DNA of 64,000 bases from an uncultured virus (IMG/VR IMGVR_UViG_3300020460_001007). Its lineage: Duplodnaviria > Heunggongvirae > Uroviricota > Caudoviricetes. Numbering within the stretch: position 1 is the first letter of the stretch; each line of letters starts with the position of its first letter. A program made the translations under genes and the position numbers. This document shows, piece after piece, positions 21,523-30,867 of the stretch. The notes under the pieces are model-generated. The model worked only from the letters and a program-made list of their open reading frames with translations, was not told the origin of the DNA and made no database searches. Location of the stretch: IMG/VR virus record IMGVR_UViG_3300020460_001007; one strand, written 5' to 3'.

Positions 21523-22425
21523 ATGAACAAAGTACTCATAACAGGTGGTGCTGGATTCGTAGGAACTGCACTAATTAAAAAACTTATACGCAAGTATAAG
21601 AACCTTGAAATTGTTTCCATTGACAATTATAGTAGTGGTTCGGTGAACAATCATGTAAAGAGCAAGAAAGTAACTTATCTTGATAAGGATACTCAAAACT
21701 TAGTTCCCAAAAAATTCGGCATTAACGATACCAAGATGGACCTTGCCGATGCGTTTGAACCAGATATCGTATTCCATTTCGGTGAGTTCTCAAGAATCGT
21801 AACGAGTTTCGATTCCTTTGATAAATGTTGGGACTACAATATGCAAGGCACAAAAATGGTTCTTGATTATTGTGTCGCAAAAAAAGCAAAGTTAGTTTAT
21901 AGTGCAAGTTCAAGTAAGTTCGGAAACGATGGGAAGGACGAAAACCTTTCCCCGTATGCTTGGATGAAAGCAAAGATGGTTGAACTAATAAAAAACTATT
22001 CAGAGTGGTTTGGTTTAAAATATGAAATTACCTATTTCTATAATGCGTATGGACCAGGACAAATAAGAACAGGAGATTATGCAACAGTCATAGGAATCTT
22101 TGAAGAGCAATACTCCAAGGGAGAACCACTTACAGTTGTAGAACCAGGTGAACAATCAAGAGACTTTACTCATATAAACGATATTGTAAGTGGTGTGGTG
22201 CTGGCGGCAGAGAAAGGTCGACAAGACGAATATCCCCTTGGCACTGCAATTTCACATAAAATTATTGATGTAGCAAAAATGTTTAACCATGAATATGTTA
22301 TGATTCCAGAAAGGAGAGGTGAGAGATTTTACGGAAAAGCAATCCCATCTCTTACATATCAGCACCTTGGTTGGGAAGCAAAAATCAAGTTAGAAGATTA
22401 TATCGCAAAAATCATTTCCAAATAA
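21523..22425 (+). CDS. NAD-dependent sugar epimerase/dehydratase
   Basis: ITGGAGFVG, SPYAWMK (YxxxK), YNAYGP, RDFTHINDIV. Confidence 0.92.
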   Translation: MNKVLITGGAGFVGTALIKKLIRKYKNLEIVSIDNYSSGSVNNHVKSKKVTYLDKDTQNLVPKKFGINDTKMDLADAFEPDIVFHFGEFSRIVTSFDSFDKCWDYNMQGTKMVLDYCVAKKAKLVYSASSSKFGNDGKDENLSPYAWMKAKMVELIKNYSEWFGLKYEITYFYNAYGPGQIRTGDYATVIGIFEEQYSKGEPLTVVEPGEQSRDFTHINDIVSGVVLAAEKGRQDEYPLGTAISHKIIDVAKMFNHEYVMIPERRGERFYGKAIPSLTYQHLGWEAKIKLEDYIAKIISK

Positions 22426-22431
22426 ATCTGG

Positions 22432-22460
22432 TTGACTTTTTTTATAATATCTCATATAAT
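22432..22460 (+). promoter_or_regulatory. Sigma70-type promoter
   Basis: TTGACT-17 nt-TATAAT upstream of the methyltransferase. Confidence 0.75.
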
Positions 22461-22472
22461 AATGAGGTATAT

Positions 22473-24062
22473 ATGAAAAAATACTTTTATGAAAAGAACA
22501 ACCTCACGGAGTGTTCACATAACATAACCTTTCATAACCTACTTCAGAAAAACGGACAAGACCTTGAAGTGTGGATTGACGGTCTCCGGAACTATATAGT
22601 AGAGACTTGGGACAATGATGGACTACCTCCCAGAACAGGTAAAAACGAAAAAGACATCATTACTCAGTTCAACAAACTTCAACGATACGATACCAAGAAG
22701 TTTTTACACAAAGATGAGATGGATGGAACTATGACCATCATAAAGAACTTCAATAAGTTTGCAACTGTTATTGACCAATTCTTCCCAACGATGCTCAAGA
22801 CCAAAATCGGTTCAAGTAAACATACGTCCTGGAGTGTATACGATTGCTTTGCGAGTCCAGAGAAACGTGAAAGTTTCCACACCTGTATGCGAAGAACAGT
22901 CCGCAGAGATTCATTTTATGCACACGGAAGAACAATTTGCATAAACGATCCAGATGTTCCGTATGAAACGAAAGACGGAGAGTCGTGGATACGTGAGTTT
23001 TCACGAAACAAAGAACTTCATCCTGATAATGATTTTTGGATAATTGAGTTATTCACCGAAAAAAAGTTTGATGCTTATGAAGCAGACCACTTAATGTTAA
23101 CTGCCAAACAAATCAAGAGTCTATACAAAGACGGATGTCTTGAAACCCACAACATTAGAAATTTGGAAAGAACTGCAAACTTTGGAGATGATATTGAAAA
23201 CATCAACGATGTTATGGTAGAAGATGGAAAAGAAGTACAATTCAAATTCAGCATTCGTTACTACGACAAAACCTCTCGCATATTCCCATCTGCAATGGAA
23301 GCATTTAAGTTGGGGCTAAGTCAACCTGCCGTAAACTTTCCTCCGTTGACTGCAAAGTACATATATCAGAAGTACACTGATCACGTGGACAACAAAGACG
23401 ATATTACCATTTACGATCCAAGTTCTGGTTGGGGTGGAAGAATTCTCGGTGCTATGAGCATTGACGATAGGCAGATTCATTATGTTGGAACTGACCCAAA
23501 TACCGACAACTATATTGATGAAATTGGCAAGAGTCGTTACGAATATGTTGCCGACTTCTTTAATGAAAAAACCAATGGTGGTAATCCGTTCTTTGGTCAT
23601 CGTAATACATACGACGTATATCAAGACGGAAGTGAGGAAATCCACAAGAACCCAAGGTTTCAGAAATACAGAGGCAAACTTGATTTGGTTTTTACGAGTC
23701 CACCATATTTTAATCGTGAACAATATTCAGCTGACGAATCTCAGAGTTTCAAGAAGTTCCCCGAGTATGAGGATTGGAGAGACAACTTTCTTCGTCCCAC
23801 TTTGAAAACCGCTGCGGAATATCTAAGACATGACCGTTATCTTTTATGGAATATTGCGGACATCGCGGATGGGGATGGATTCATGCCACTTGAGCAAGAT
23901 AGTAAAGATATTCTTGCGGAATACGGACTTGAGTATGTTGAAACTCTTAAGATGCTTATGACAACAATGAGAGGAGTCAAAGCAGAACAGGTAAAGAATT
24001 GTTGCAAGATAAACGGAGAGTTGCAAAAGTACGAACCTATATTTGTGTTTTACAAGAAGTAA
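22473..24062 (+). CDS. Amino (N4C/N6A) DNA methyltransferase, T4-like phage type
   Basis: Motif I YDPSSGWGGR, TDPN, motif IV FTSPPYF; paralogue of 37611..38828. Confidence 0.8.
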   Translation: MKKYFYEKNNLTECSHNITFHNLLQKNGQDLEVWIDGLRNYIVETWDNDGLPPRTGKNEKDIITQFNKLQRYDTKKFLHKDEMDGTMTIIKNFNKFATVIDQFFPTMLKTKIGSSKHTSWSVYDCFASPEKRESFHTCMRRTVRRDSFYAHGRTICINDPDVPYETKDGESWIREFSRNKELHPDNDFWIIELFTEKKFDAYEADHLMLTAKQIKSLYKDGCLETHNIRNLERTANFGDDIENINDVMVEDGKEVQFKFSIRYYDKTSRIFPSAMEAFKLGLSQPAVNFPPLTAKYIYQKYTDHVDNKDDITIYDPSSGWGGRILGAMSIDDRQIHYVGTDPNTDNYIDEIGKSRYEYVADFFNEKTNGGNPFFGHRNTYDVYQDGSEEIHKNPRFQKYRGKLDLVFTSPPYFNREQYSADESQSFKKFPEYEDWRDNFLRPTLKTAAEYLRHDRYLLWNIADIADGDGFMPLEQDSKDILAEYGLEYVETLKMLMTTMRGVKAEQVKNCCKINGELQKYEPIFVFYKK

Positions 24063-25172
24063 TTATTGCACATACTTGTAATCACACATAATGTGAGTTG
24101 GGTACAGACCACCTTGCTTGTTTCTTATATTTACCTTAAACACATATTTGTCAGTTAAAATTTGAATATCAATTCTTTTAGCAGATCCTGCATCCGGCCA
24201 TAGAATTACTACTTTCTTAACTTTTACAGATTTTTTAAGATTGGTTACATCCATTTTATAGTATTCAACATTCTTACCACGTTTATGAAGCATATAATAA
24301 CCATATCCTATTCCGGTGAGCAACATTCTATGAAGAGATCTTTTGTTTACTTTTGAAGTAACATCCTCGGTCTTTTTTTTGATACGTTTTTTTGTTTTAC
24401 CTTTATATGATTGAAAAATGTTTATAAATTTTTTCTCGTTAATACCAAACATATCTAAAATTGCTTTTCCATTTTTGTTAGTAATTTTTCCATTCTCAAA
24501 TTGTTCTTTTGTTAAAATTTTTCTAACACCACAATTAAAAAATGTAACGGTACCTGAACTTTTAAGAGACAAATAGTAGTATGTAGTGCCATCACCAATA
24601 ATAGTAACATCAGTAACCACATGTCCAACATTTATTGCAGTGCCACCTATAACGGCACCTATCTCAGTAAACTCAAGTGGTCGTTTAGTATTAGCACCTC
24701 CCTCAAGGTTAACCTGAATGCTTTTATGTTTAGATAGTATATCTTTATACAAGTCATTCATTAAAGATGGATATTTGAACGATGGTGCTTCGATTCCCTC
24801 TTCAATAAATAGATTTATATCATCTACTAGGTCTTTTTCAAATCCAGTTCCTTGATTATTTGCACCTCGACGACCCCGTGAACCATCTCCTGCCGTCAAC
24901 TTAACACCAAACTTTTTAGATAGAGAATTTAAATTAAATCCGTCTGCGATGTCTCTTGCGACTTTTATTTGTTTTTCTTTTTTACTAGAACTAACTGCGA
25001 TTGGGTTTGCGAGTGAAGAATTTTTTGAAAATATGTATGAATAAACCGACTTTATAGTTTTAGTATCTATTGCAGTATTTTTAAGTGAGTCAATTTCATC
25101 CACAGAGTTTGGAATGATATTATATGCCTCGGATACATTTTTTTCTAGGTAGTAATCAACCAAATCTTTCAT
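24063..25172 (-). CDS. PD-(D/E)XK-like endonuclease
   Basis: GTGFEKDL..VTDVTI..YLSLKS; ATG 25172 overlaps the previous stop (ATGA). Confidence 0.55.
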   Translation of the reverse strand: MKDLVDYYLEKNVSEAYNIIPNSVDEIDSLKNTAIDTKTIKSVYSYIFSKNSSLANPIAVSSSKKEKQIKVARDIADGFNLNSLSKKFGVKLTAGDGSRGRRGANNQGTGFEKDLVDDINLFIEEGIEAPSFKYPSLMNDLYKDILSKHKSIQVNLEGGANTKRPLEFTEIGAVIGGTAINVGHVVTDVTIIGDGTTYYYLSLKSSGTVTFFNCGVRKILTKEQFENGKITNKNGKAILDMFGINEKKFINIFQSYKGKTKKRIKKKTEDVTSKVNKRSLHRMLLTGIGYGYYMLHKRGKNVEYYKMDVTNLKKSVKVKKVVILWPDAGSAKRIDIQILTDKYVFKVNIRNKQGGLYPTHIMCDYKYVQ

Positions 25173-26800
25173 TTTGAAAACAATTCTATCTTTCCGTTTA
25201 TACCACACGTGGCAAGCTTGATACCAAAAAACTTTTGCAGATAATCGAGTGCCTTTGCACCTTGTTTCTTTATCCAGTCAAATGCCTTGGATACTCTCTC
25301 GGAAATCCAATTCCAAATTTTAACAAACCGGTCTTTAACTTTATTACTTACAGATGCTATTCCGTCTCGGACCTTCTTAAGCATTTGCCACTCATTAAGA
25401 TTTTGAAAACTTGATTCAGTTAAAAGTCGTTTTCCAAATTCGTCTTGCTCAAACCCTTGTTGGATGATTGTAGAAAAAGTTGGACATATCGCTGAAAAGT
25501 TTTTATTTTCCATTATCTGCTTTTGCATCCAAGCAGTAACTTTCTTAGGGTCTTGCTCCATGTTCCCACGCAGTGCCATGTAAGGAGTGCTATTCCCACT
25601 TGTCTTAAATGACAGATAAAACTTGTATTGACTCGCAAGAGATGAAATGTCGGAGGGTGTATTCATTTTATATTTTGATGTAATCTTACCACTATTGGTA
25701 TCTATTTCAACCATAGTATCGGCACGACTTTCCGATGAGTCACCAAACTTTACCGAACCAGTTGCGGCCTCAAACACAAATAAGTCTTTAAACTTTGCAT
25801 CCGACAAAAACAGACGATTCATTTCAGACGTAATATACTTTCCGTCATCACGTGCTTGTTTAAGATTATCAACGACTGGTTTTAGTTTTTTCATTTTCTT
25901 GGGGTCGGCATCACTTGCCTTTATATCTTTTTCAAGAGAGTCTATGCTACCTCGGTAACCACTTTCCGATAAATCAAGAACTGCGGTTTTGAATTTATCC
26001 AAGATTTTGTTTACTTCACTTGGATAATTTTTACCATACATTCTAACAGCTGCACCAAATGTAGATGCGGCCTCTGCTTGCTTGGCACTCATTGCTTGAG
26101 AACCACCTGCTTTCTTTAATGAAATTTTCTTTGAACCACCCTTAATGTCAGTCTTGGGGGTTTTGTTCATTGTACCACTTCCATACTCCTTGAATATGTC
26201 TCCCCACTCACTGGATACACCAGCACCACCTTTGCCACTACCTGTTTGTGAGATTGGAGAATATCCGTTTTTCTTAAATGCAGTTGCAAGTTTTTCAGCA
26301 ATGTCTCTATTAAAATCATCGTTCCAGAATCCTTTTCTATCTATTCTACTCCACTCGTCTGGAACTTCTTTGGAAGGATCTTTCTTCTGAATAGTTGCAA
26401 GACCAATTGCAATCATTGCTTCCCAATCTTCCCCACTTGGATTTCCACTACTCGCACCACCACTCATGTTGTTTTGAGACTTGCCTATATCAGTCATGGA
26501 AGTCCCAAACAATTGTTTGATTTTATTTTCTTTGGTATTTCCACCCCAATCGACCAAGTCTTTATGACTATCTGCATCGAGTAATTCCTTTTTCATCTGC
26601 TTCCATAAAGACTTAGTTCCACTCTTTACTTTTAGTGGGTTATTCTTTGCATCAAGCATCTCATCTGCTTCAACTTTATCAATGAATCGTTGCTTGTTAT
26701 CTCGTTTGAACAGATCGTGTAAAGCAAGTTCACACAAAATATCTTCATACTCAACAGATGTAATCGGAGACTTATTCAAATAATGTTCTACAATATCCAC
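25169..26800 (-). CDS. PD-(D/E)XK-like endonuclease with amphipathic C-terminal helix
   Basis: GEDWEAMI..TPKTDI..KISLKKAGGSQ..EA; GTG start 4 nt after TATTTAT. Confidence 0.55.
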   Translation of the reverse strand: MDIVEHYLNKSPITSVEYEDILCELALHDLFKRDNKQRFIDKVEADEMLDAKNNPLKVKSGTKSLWKQMKKELLDADSHKDLVDWGGNTKENKIKQLFGTSMTDIGKSQNNMSGGASSGNPSGEDWEAMIAIGLATIQKKDPSKEVPDEWSRIDRKGFWNDDFNRDIAEKLATAFKKNGYSPISQTGSGKGGAGVSSEWGDIFKEYGSGTMNKTPKTDIKGGSKKISLKKAGGSQAMSAKQAEAASTFGAAVRMYGKNYPSEVNKILDKFKTAVLDLSESGYRGSIDSLEKDIKASDADPKKMKKLKPVVDNLKQARDDGKYITSEMNRLFLSDAKFKDLFVFEAATGSVKFGDSSESRADTMVEIDTNSGKITSKYKMNTPSDISSLASQYKFYLSFKTSGNSTPYMALRGNMEQDPKKVTAWMQKQIMENKNFSAICPTFSTIIQQGFEQDEFGKRLLTESSFQNLNEWQMLKKVRDGIASVSNKVKDRFVKIWNWISERVSKAFDWIKKQGAKALDYLQKFFGIKLATCGINGKIELFSK

Positions 26801-26828
26801 GACAATAAATATATACCTAATACTTTTA

Positions 26829-28385
26829 TCACCAAATTGGTGTGGTTATAGAGCAAGTTCCCTCCATAATAAATCCAAGTTTTTCGAGAACCGGTGACAA
26901 CCCCCTCTGAAAAACATCCCACAGATATTCGAGAAACTTCTTGATAATGTTTTCATAAAACTGCAAAACTAATGCCTCAATCTTCTCATAGGATGTCTTA
27001 ACCCACCCAGTTGCCGAATCAAATCCACTTTTAATGGCATCCCAAATTTTACCTTCATTCAATATATACAACTGCTCAGTGAATACAACATATTCCTCGT
27101 TAATTATATTTTCAACATCAAACTCAGTTGCTTCTGCGGCCAATCCAAACTTAATGAATTTTCTGCGACCACTTCCTTTGAAACTAATGTCAACGTTGTT
27201 ACATAGATTTCCATTGCTCTGTGACCACTTGTACAGATCGTGTACTTTCTTTACACCATTTGCATCAAATACCAATATCTTGTTCGCAACCGCAGTATTA
27301 TCACCATAGTAATTTCCACCCTTGGATGCTTTACCAGTAAACTTACCAAGACCACTTGCAGCTTCATATACAATCCACTTTTTCAGTTCCGTGTTGTTTT
27401 GAATAATCTGCCGAATGCGACTTTTCCAAGTATCTGCTTTCAATGCCACATCAATCAAATCCATGATTTGAGTTCGCAGTGCTTCCTTAGTTAAGAGTTC
27501 AGATGGTACGTTTGCTTTTTCAAGATAATCCTTTGCAATGGTAACATCCCCAATTTTCATGTCCGAAGAAATATAAGCTGCTCGCATTTTTGAAATATCT
27601 TTTTGGGTAAGAGGTTTAACACCCTTGATATAATCACCCTCCAACTTGGGAGCATCGGCAGTAGATATGGCATTGTTTACGGCGAGTTCCGCACGAATGT
27701 GTCTTTTTATTTCATCGTCAGTCGCATCTTTTGCCTTTGTCTTAACTTGCTCAAAACGACCACTATCGGCAATTACCCAATCCCGAAAATCTTTTTTACC
27801 TTTTCCGACTTCCACATTAATGTCATTTCTGATTGCCTTGGACATTTCGTTTTGAAATATATTGAACAACTCTTTCAGTTCGGAATCGGAAACTAACTTT
27901 CCACCACTTGCTTCCAAGTGCTTAACTGCAAACTCAAATACACCCATTGCTTCACCGGAAGTTCCACTAACAAGTTGAGATCCCTTTGCAGAACTACTTG
28001 CTTGCTTTACTGATAATCTGTTTCGGTTGTTTCCGACCAAATCTGCTTTAGATGCTTCTTTCTTTCCGTTTTTATAGTGCGTGGTCGCAGATGTCTTTCC
28101 AGACCACACCAAGGTACTTCCTATGTTCTTAAGTCCTGTGGCAACTTTCTTACCTGCATTATATACTGATTTGTTTGCCTTAATCTTTTTCCAAGTTGCT
28201 TTGTCTACACCTGCCGATTTGAGAGCAACTGCTTCACTCTTACCCTGTTTGATGTTATATGCAACGCAGATGGCAACTTCAGCATCCGAAGCATTTGTAG
28301 TTGCGGCTTCACTTAGCAAATTGCTTAGTTCAGACGGAACATCAGTTAAATCAATCTCCGACAAATAATGTTGGACAACATCCAT
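26829..28385 (-). CDS. PD-(D/E)XK-like endonuclease, paralogue of 25169..26800
   Basis: DAEVAI..SKADL..RLSVKQ..GSQLVS..EA..F; VYEAASGLGKF matches VFEAATGSVKF. Confidence 0.55.
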   Translation of the reverse strand: MDVVQHYLSEIDLTDVPSELSNLLSEAATTNASDAEVAICVAYNIKQGKSEAVALKSAGVDKATWKKIKANKSVYNAGKKVATGLKNIGSTLVWSGKTSATTHYKNGKKEASKADLVGNNRNRLSVKQASSSAKGSQLVSGTSGEAMGVFEFAVKHLEASGGKLVSDSELKELFNIFQNEMSKAIRNDINVEVGKGKKDFRDWVIADSGRFEQVKTKAKDATDDEIKRHIRAELAVNNAISTADAPKLEGDYIKGVKPLTQKDISKMRAAYISSDMKIGDVTIAKDYLEKANVPSELLTKEALRTQIMDLIDVALKADTWKSRIRQIIQNNTELKKWIVYEAASGLGKFTGKASKGGNYYGDNTAVANKILVFDANGVKKVHDLYKWSQSNGNLCNNVDISFKGSGRRKFIKFGLAAEATEFDVENIINEEYVVFTEQLYILNEGKIWDAIKSGFDSATGWVKTSYEKIEALVLQFYENIIKKFLEYLWDVFQRGLSPVLEKLGFIMEGTCSITTPIW

Positions 28386-28412
28386 ACACAATAAATATAT
28401 ATTAAAATAACT

Positions 28413-29966
28413 TTATCGTATCAATTTAGGAAAGTCTGTAAACACTCCATTCACACCCAGTTCACGTAAATAACGAATTTGCTTCACATCGTTTACCGTA
28501 TATATGTATATTCTCATCCCAACACCAATGCAATACTTTACAATCTCATCTGTAATACTTTCAATAGGAAGGTTGAGAGAGTGCAACTTGTACTCAATAT
28601 AGTGCCTGTGCATTTGTTTAATTTCAGATAATGTACAATATTGCTCATGCACAAGATATGACAATTGAATGTTTGGATAAAATCGTCTTAGCATATTAAC
28701 ATTCGCATGACTGAAACTTGATAATATTATATTAGTATCGGACCATTCTACCTTTTTGAGATATTTCTCAACAACCCCACCTACATTAGTTGATATGGTA
28801 CTATCTTTAATTTCGATATTTACGTCAACCCTACCATTTATACAATCAAGTGCTTCCTCTAGAGTGGGTATCTTCTCTAAATTCGCATAAACCAATTCAG
28901 TTACATCACTTTCGGAAATTTCATTGGTTTTAATGTCCACCCCAAACATTCGTTTGAAATTTGAATCGTGGTAGATTCTCAATTTATTTCCTATATTTTG
29001 CACATCAAACTCAATAGCATCACACCCACGTTGAATTGCTTCTTCAAATGCTTGCAGGGTATTTTCCGTGAAGTCTCCACTTGCTCCACGATGGGCAATG
29101 TTCGTGAATGTGTCCGACTCTACATCCTTTAGAAATTTTGATATTTTACAAAATACACTACACTCCATTCCCTTGTCATAAATGGTAAGGTGGGTATTCA
29201 GTTTCGTTGTATGAAATCTTTTGAAGGTTGCACCCAACTTTTTAAATGCTCGTTTACCACTTCCATAAAATACAGTTGGATCATTATACTCTTGAATTAA
29301 CATCGTAGGACATTTGACATCTTGTAATATAGTATCAGTTATTTTCGACACCTTACGGAGTTCATTGGTCGCATATAAATTCACAAGAGGTTGATTTAAG
29401 TCCGGGTCTTCACTGTCGTTTGTAATTGATTCCAACATAATCTTTTGTAGGTTCAACTTTTTACATATCGTGTTCCAAACCATTACACCAGGAAGCAATT
29501 TGTTAAAAACATTTTTAACACCAAACACACCATTTATAATAACCAATCCGGCCGGATCGATGCTATTCAAACTGGCAATATATGCCGACAAACAACCACC
29601 CAACGAAAATCCAACCATATAAACTCTATCACAATGCTCTTTCAGTTTAAGGTACTTTGACTTTATATCAATAACCCAATCATCCCACTTTGCACTTGTG
29701 ATGTTTTCCGCATCATACCCGTGTCCGGTCAATTCAACTAAACTGGTTTCCCACCCAAGAGTTTCATATATATAATTGCTCAACGGTACCATCTGCTCAT
29801 GTTTTGACAAGAACCCGTGACACAAAACAACCCCAACCTTATTGGTTTGGGGTTCATATTGTTTTACTGAGTTAATACGTTCAAGTTGTTCCATCATGCA
29901 CATATTATTCCAGTTACACGTTTCTGGATAAGAGCATGATTCGTTTGTACACGTGGGTCTGACCAT
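28413..29966 (-). CDS. Alpha/beta-hydrolase (esterase/lipase) fused to glycerophosphodiester phosphodiesterase
   Basis: HGF, GHG, GFSLGG, DPTV; then IAHRGAS..ENTLQAF..IEFDV..HD..NIEIK..YTVN..GVFTDFP. Confidence 0.88.
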   Translation of the reverse strand: MVRPTCTNESCSYPETCNWNNMCMMEQLERINSVKQYEPQTNKVGVVLCHGFLSKHEQMVPLSNYIYETLGWETSLVELTGHGYDAENITSAKWDDWVIDIKSKYLKLKEHCDRVYMVGFSLGGCLSAYIASLNSIDPAGLVIINGVFGVKNVFNKLLPGVMVWNTICKKLNLQKIMLESITNDSEDPDLNQPLVNLYATNELRKVSKITDTILQDVKCPTMLIQEYNDPTVFYGSGKRAFKKLGATFKRFHTTKLNTHLTIYDKGMECSVFCKISKFLKDVESDTFTNIAHRGASGDFTENTLQAFEEAIQRGCDAIEFDVQNIGNKLRIYHDSNFKRMFGVDIKTNEISESDVTELVYANLEKIPTLEEALDCINGRVDVNIEIKDSTISTNVGGVVEKYLKKVEWSDTNIILSSFSHANVNMLRRFYPNIQLSYLVHEQYCTLSEIKQMHRHYIEYKLHSLNLPIESITDEIVKYCIGVGMRIYIYTVNDVKQIRYLRELGVNGVFTDFPKLIR

Positions 29967-29996
29967 TCCAATATAAATATTGAAACGACTTATATT

Positions 29997-30326
29997 TTAA
30001 TCCCAATTTCCTTGGGCAAGGTCGTACATATCAGAATTATAGTTGCGATCACTTTCATCCTGATTTATATACTCTTCGTACATTTGGTCTTGACGATATT
30101 CTGTCAACTTGTCATTCATTCGTTTACCCATCCACATTGCTTCCAATGCAAGTTCACGAATAGCACCCAAGTTATAGGCGTCGTCTTGTGCAGATTGATA
30201 AATCAACCGAACAACATTACATACAGTTCTTTTTTCATCCATTTGACATGGAAGTACATCTTGAAGTGCTTGTTCACGATCCTGTTTTGTAAAAGGTTTC
30301 CCACTAAATTCTTTTTTATCTGCCAT
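29997..30326 (-). CDS. Hypothetical protein
   Basis: 109-aa ORF; TATTTAT 4 nt upstream. Confidence 0.7.
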   Translation of the reverse strand: MADKKEFSGKPFTKQDREQALQDVLPCQMDEKRTVCNVVRLIYQSAQDDAYNLGAIRELALEAMWMGKRMNDKLTEYRQDQMYEEYINQDESDRNYNSDMYDLAQGNWD

Positions 30327-30373
30327 GTCTATAAATATTATAAAAATTAATTTTAATTATGGTTGGTATGGAA

Positions 30374-30811
30374 TTACCAATCCGTATCAACAATAATTAC
30401 CTGTGGTTTTATTTTTAACATTTTTGCTACCGACAAACGAATGTTTCCAGCAATTAGTGCGTGGTTTCCATTTTCGTGACGGCATACTATGGGACATGAA
30501 ACAGAACCCATCCAATCGTTGATATCACCACCTCCAGTATATTGCTGAAGCAATCTTGATACATTTTTTTTCTTTCCACTACGTTTTAAGTTATCAAATA
30601 TATCATATAAAGAACTCACACCCCAACTTGTGGTTTCTTTCATATTTTTCCAAATTGAATTTGTGAGGAAAGTTTTATTGGACTTGTTATATTCAAGCTT
30701 TATATTGATTAATTTCTGACCTGCATCTTTCGGATTTATTCCATATTTTTCGGCAGCCGACTTAAATGCGGAATATTCGGATTGAAATGGGTCTTTTTTC
30801 CATGTTATCAT
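30374..30811 (-). CDS. ParB/Srx-like domain protein
   Basis: PIV..HALIAGNIRL resembles the GxxR motif; start uncertain (30811 or 30829). Confidence 0.5.
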   Translation of the reverse strand: MITWKKDPFQSEYSAFKSAAEKYGINPKDAGQKLINIKLEYNKSNKTFLTNSIWKNMKETTSWGVSSLYDIFDNLKRSGKKKNVSRLLQQYTGGGDINDWMGSVSCPIVCRHENGNHALIAGNIRLSVAKMLKIKPQVIIVDTDW

Positions 30812-30867
30812 ACCGATAATACTAATCAACTAGTTGCACAACCAACACACCCTCTTACAATGGATTG

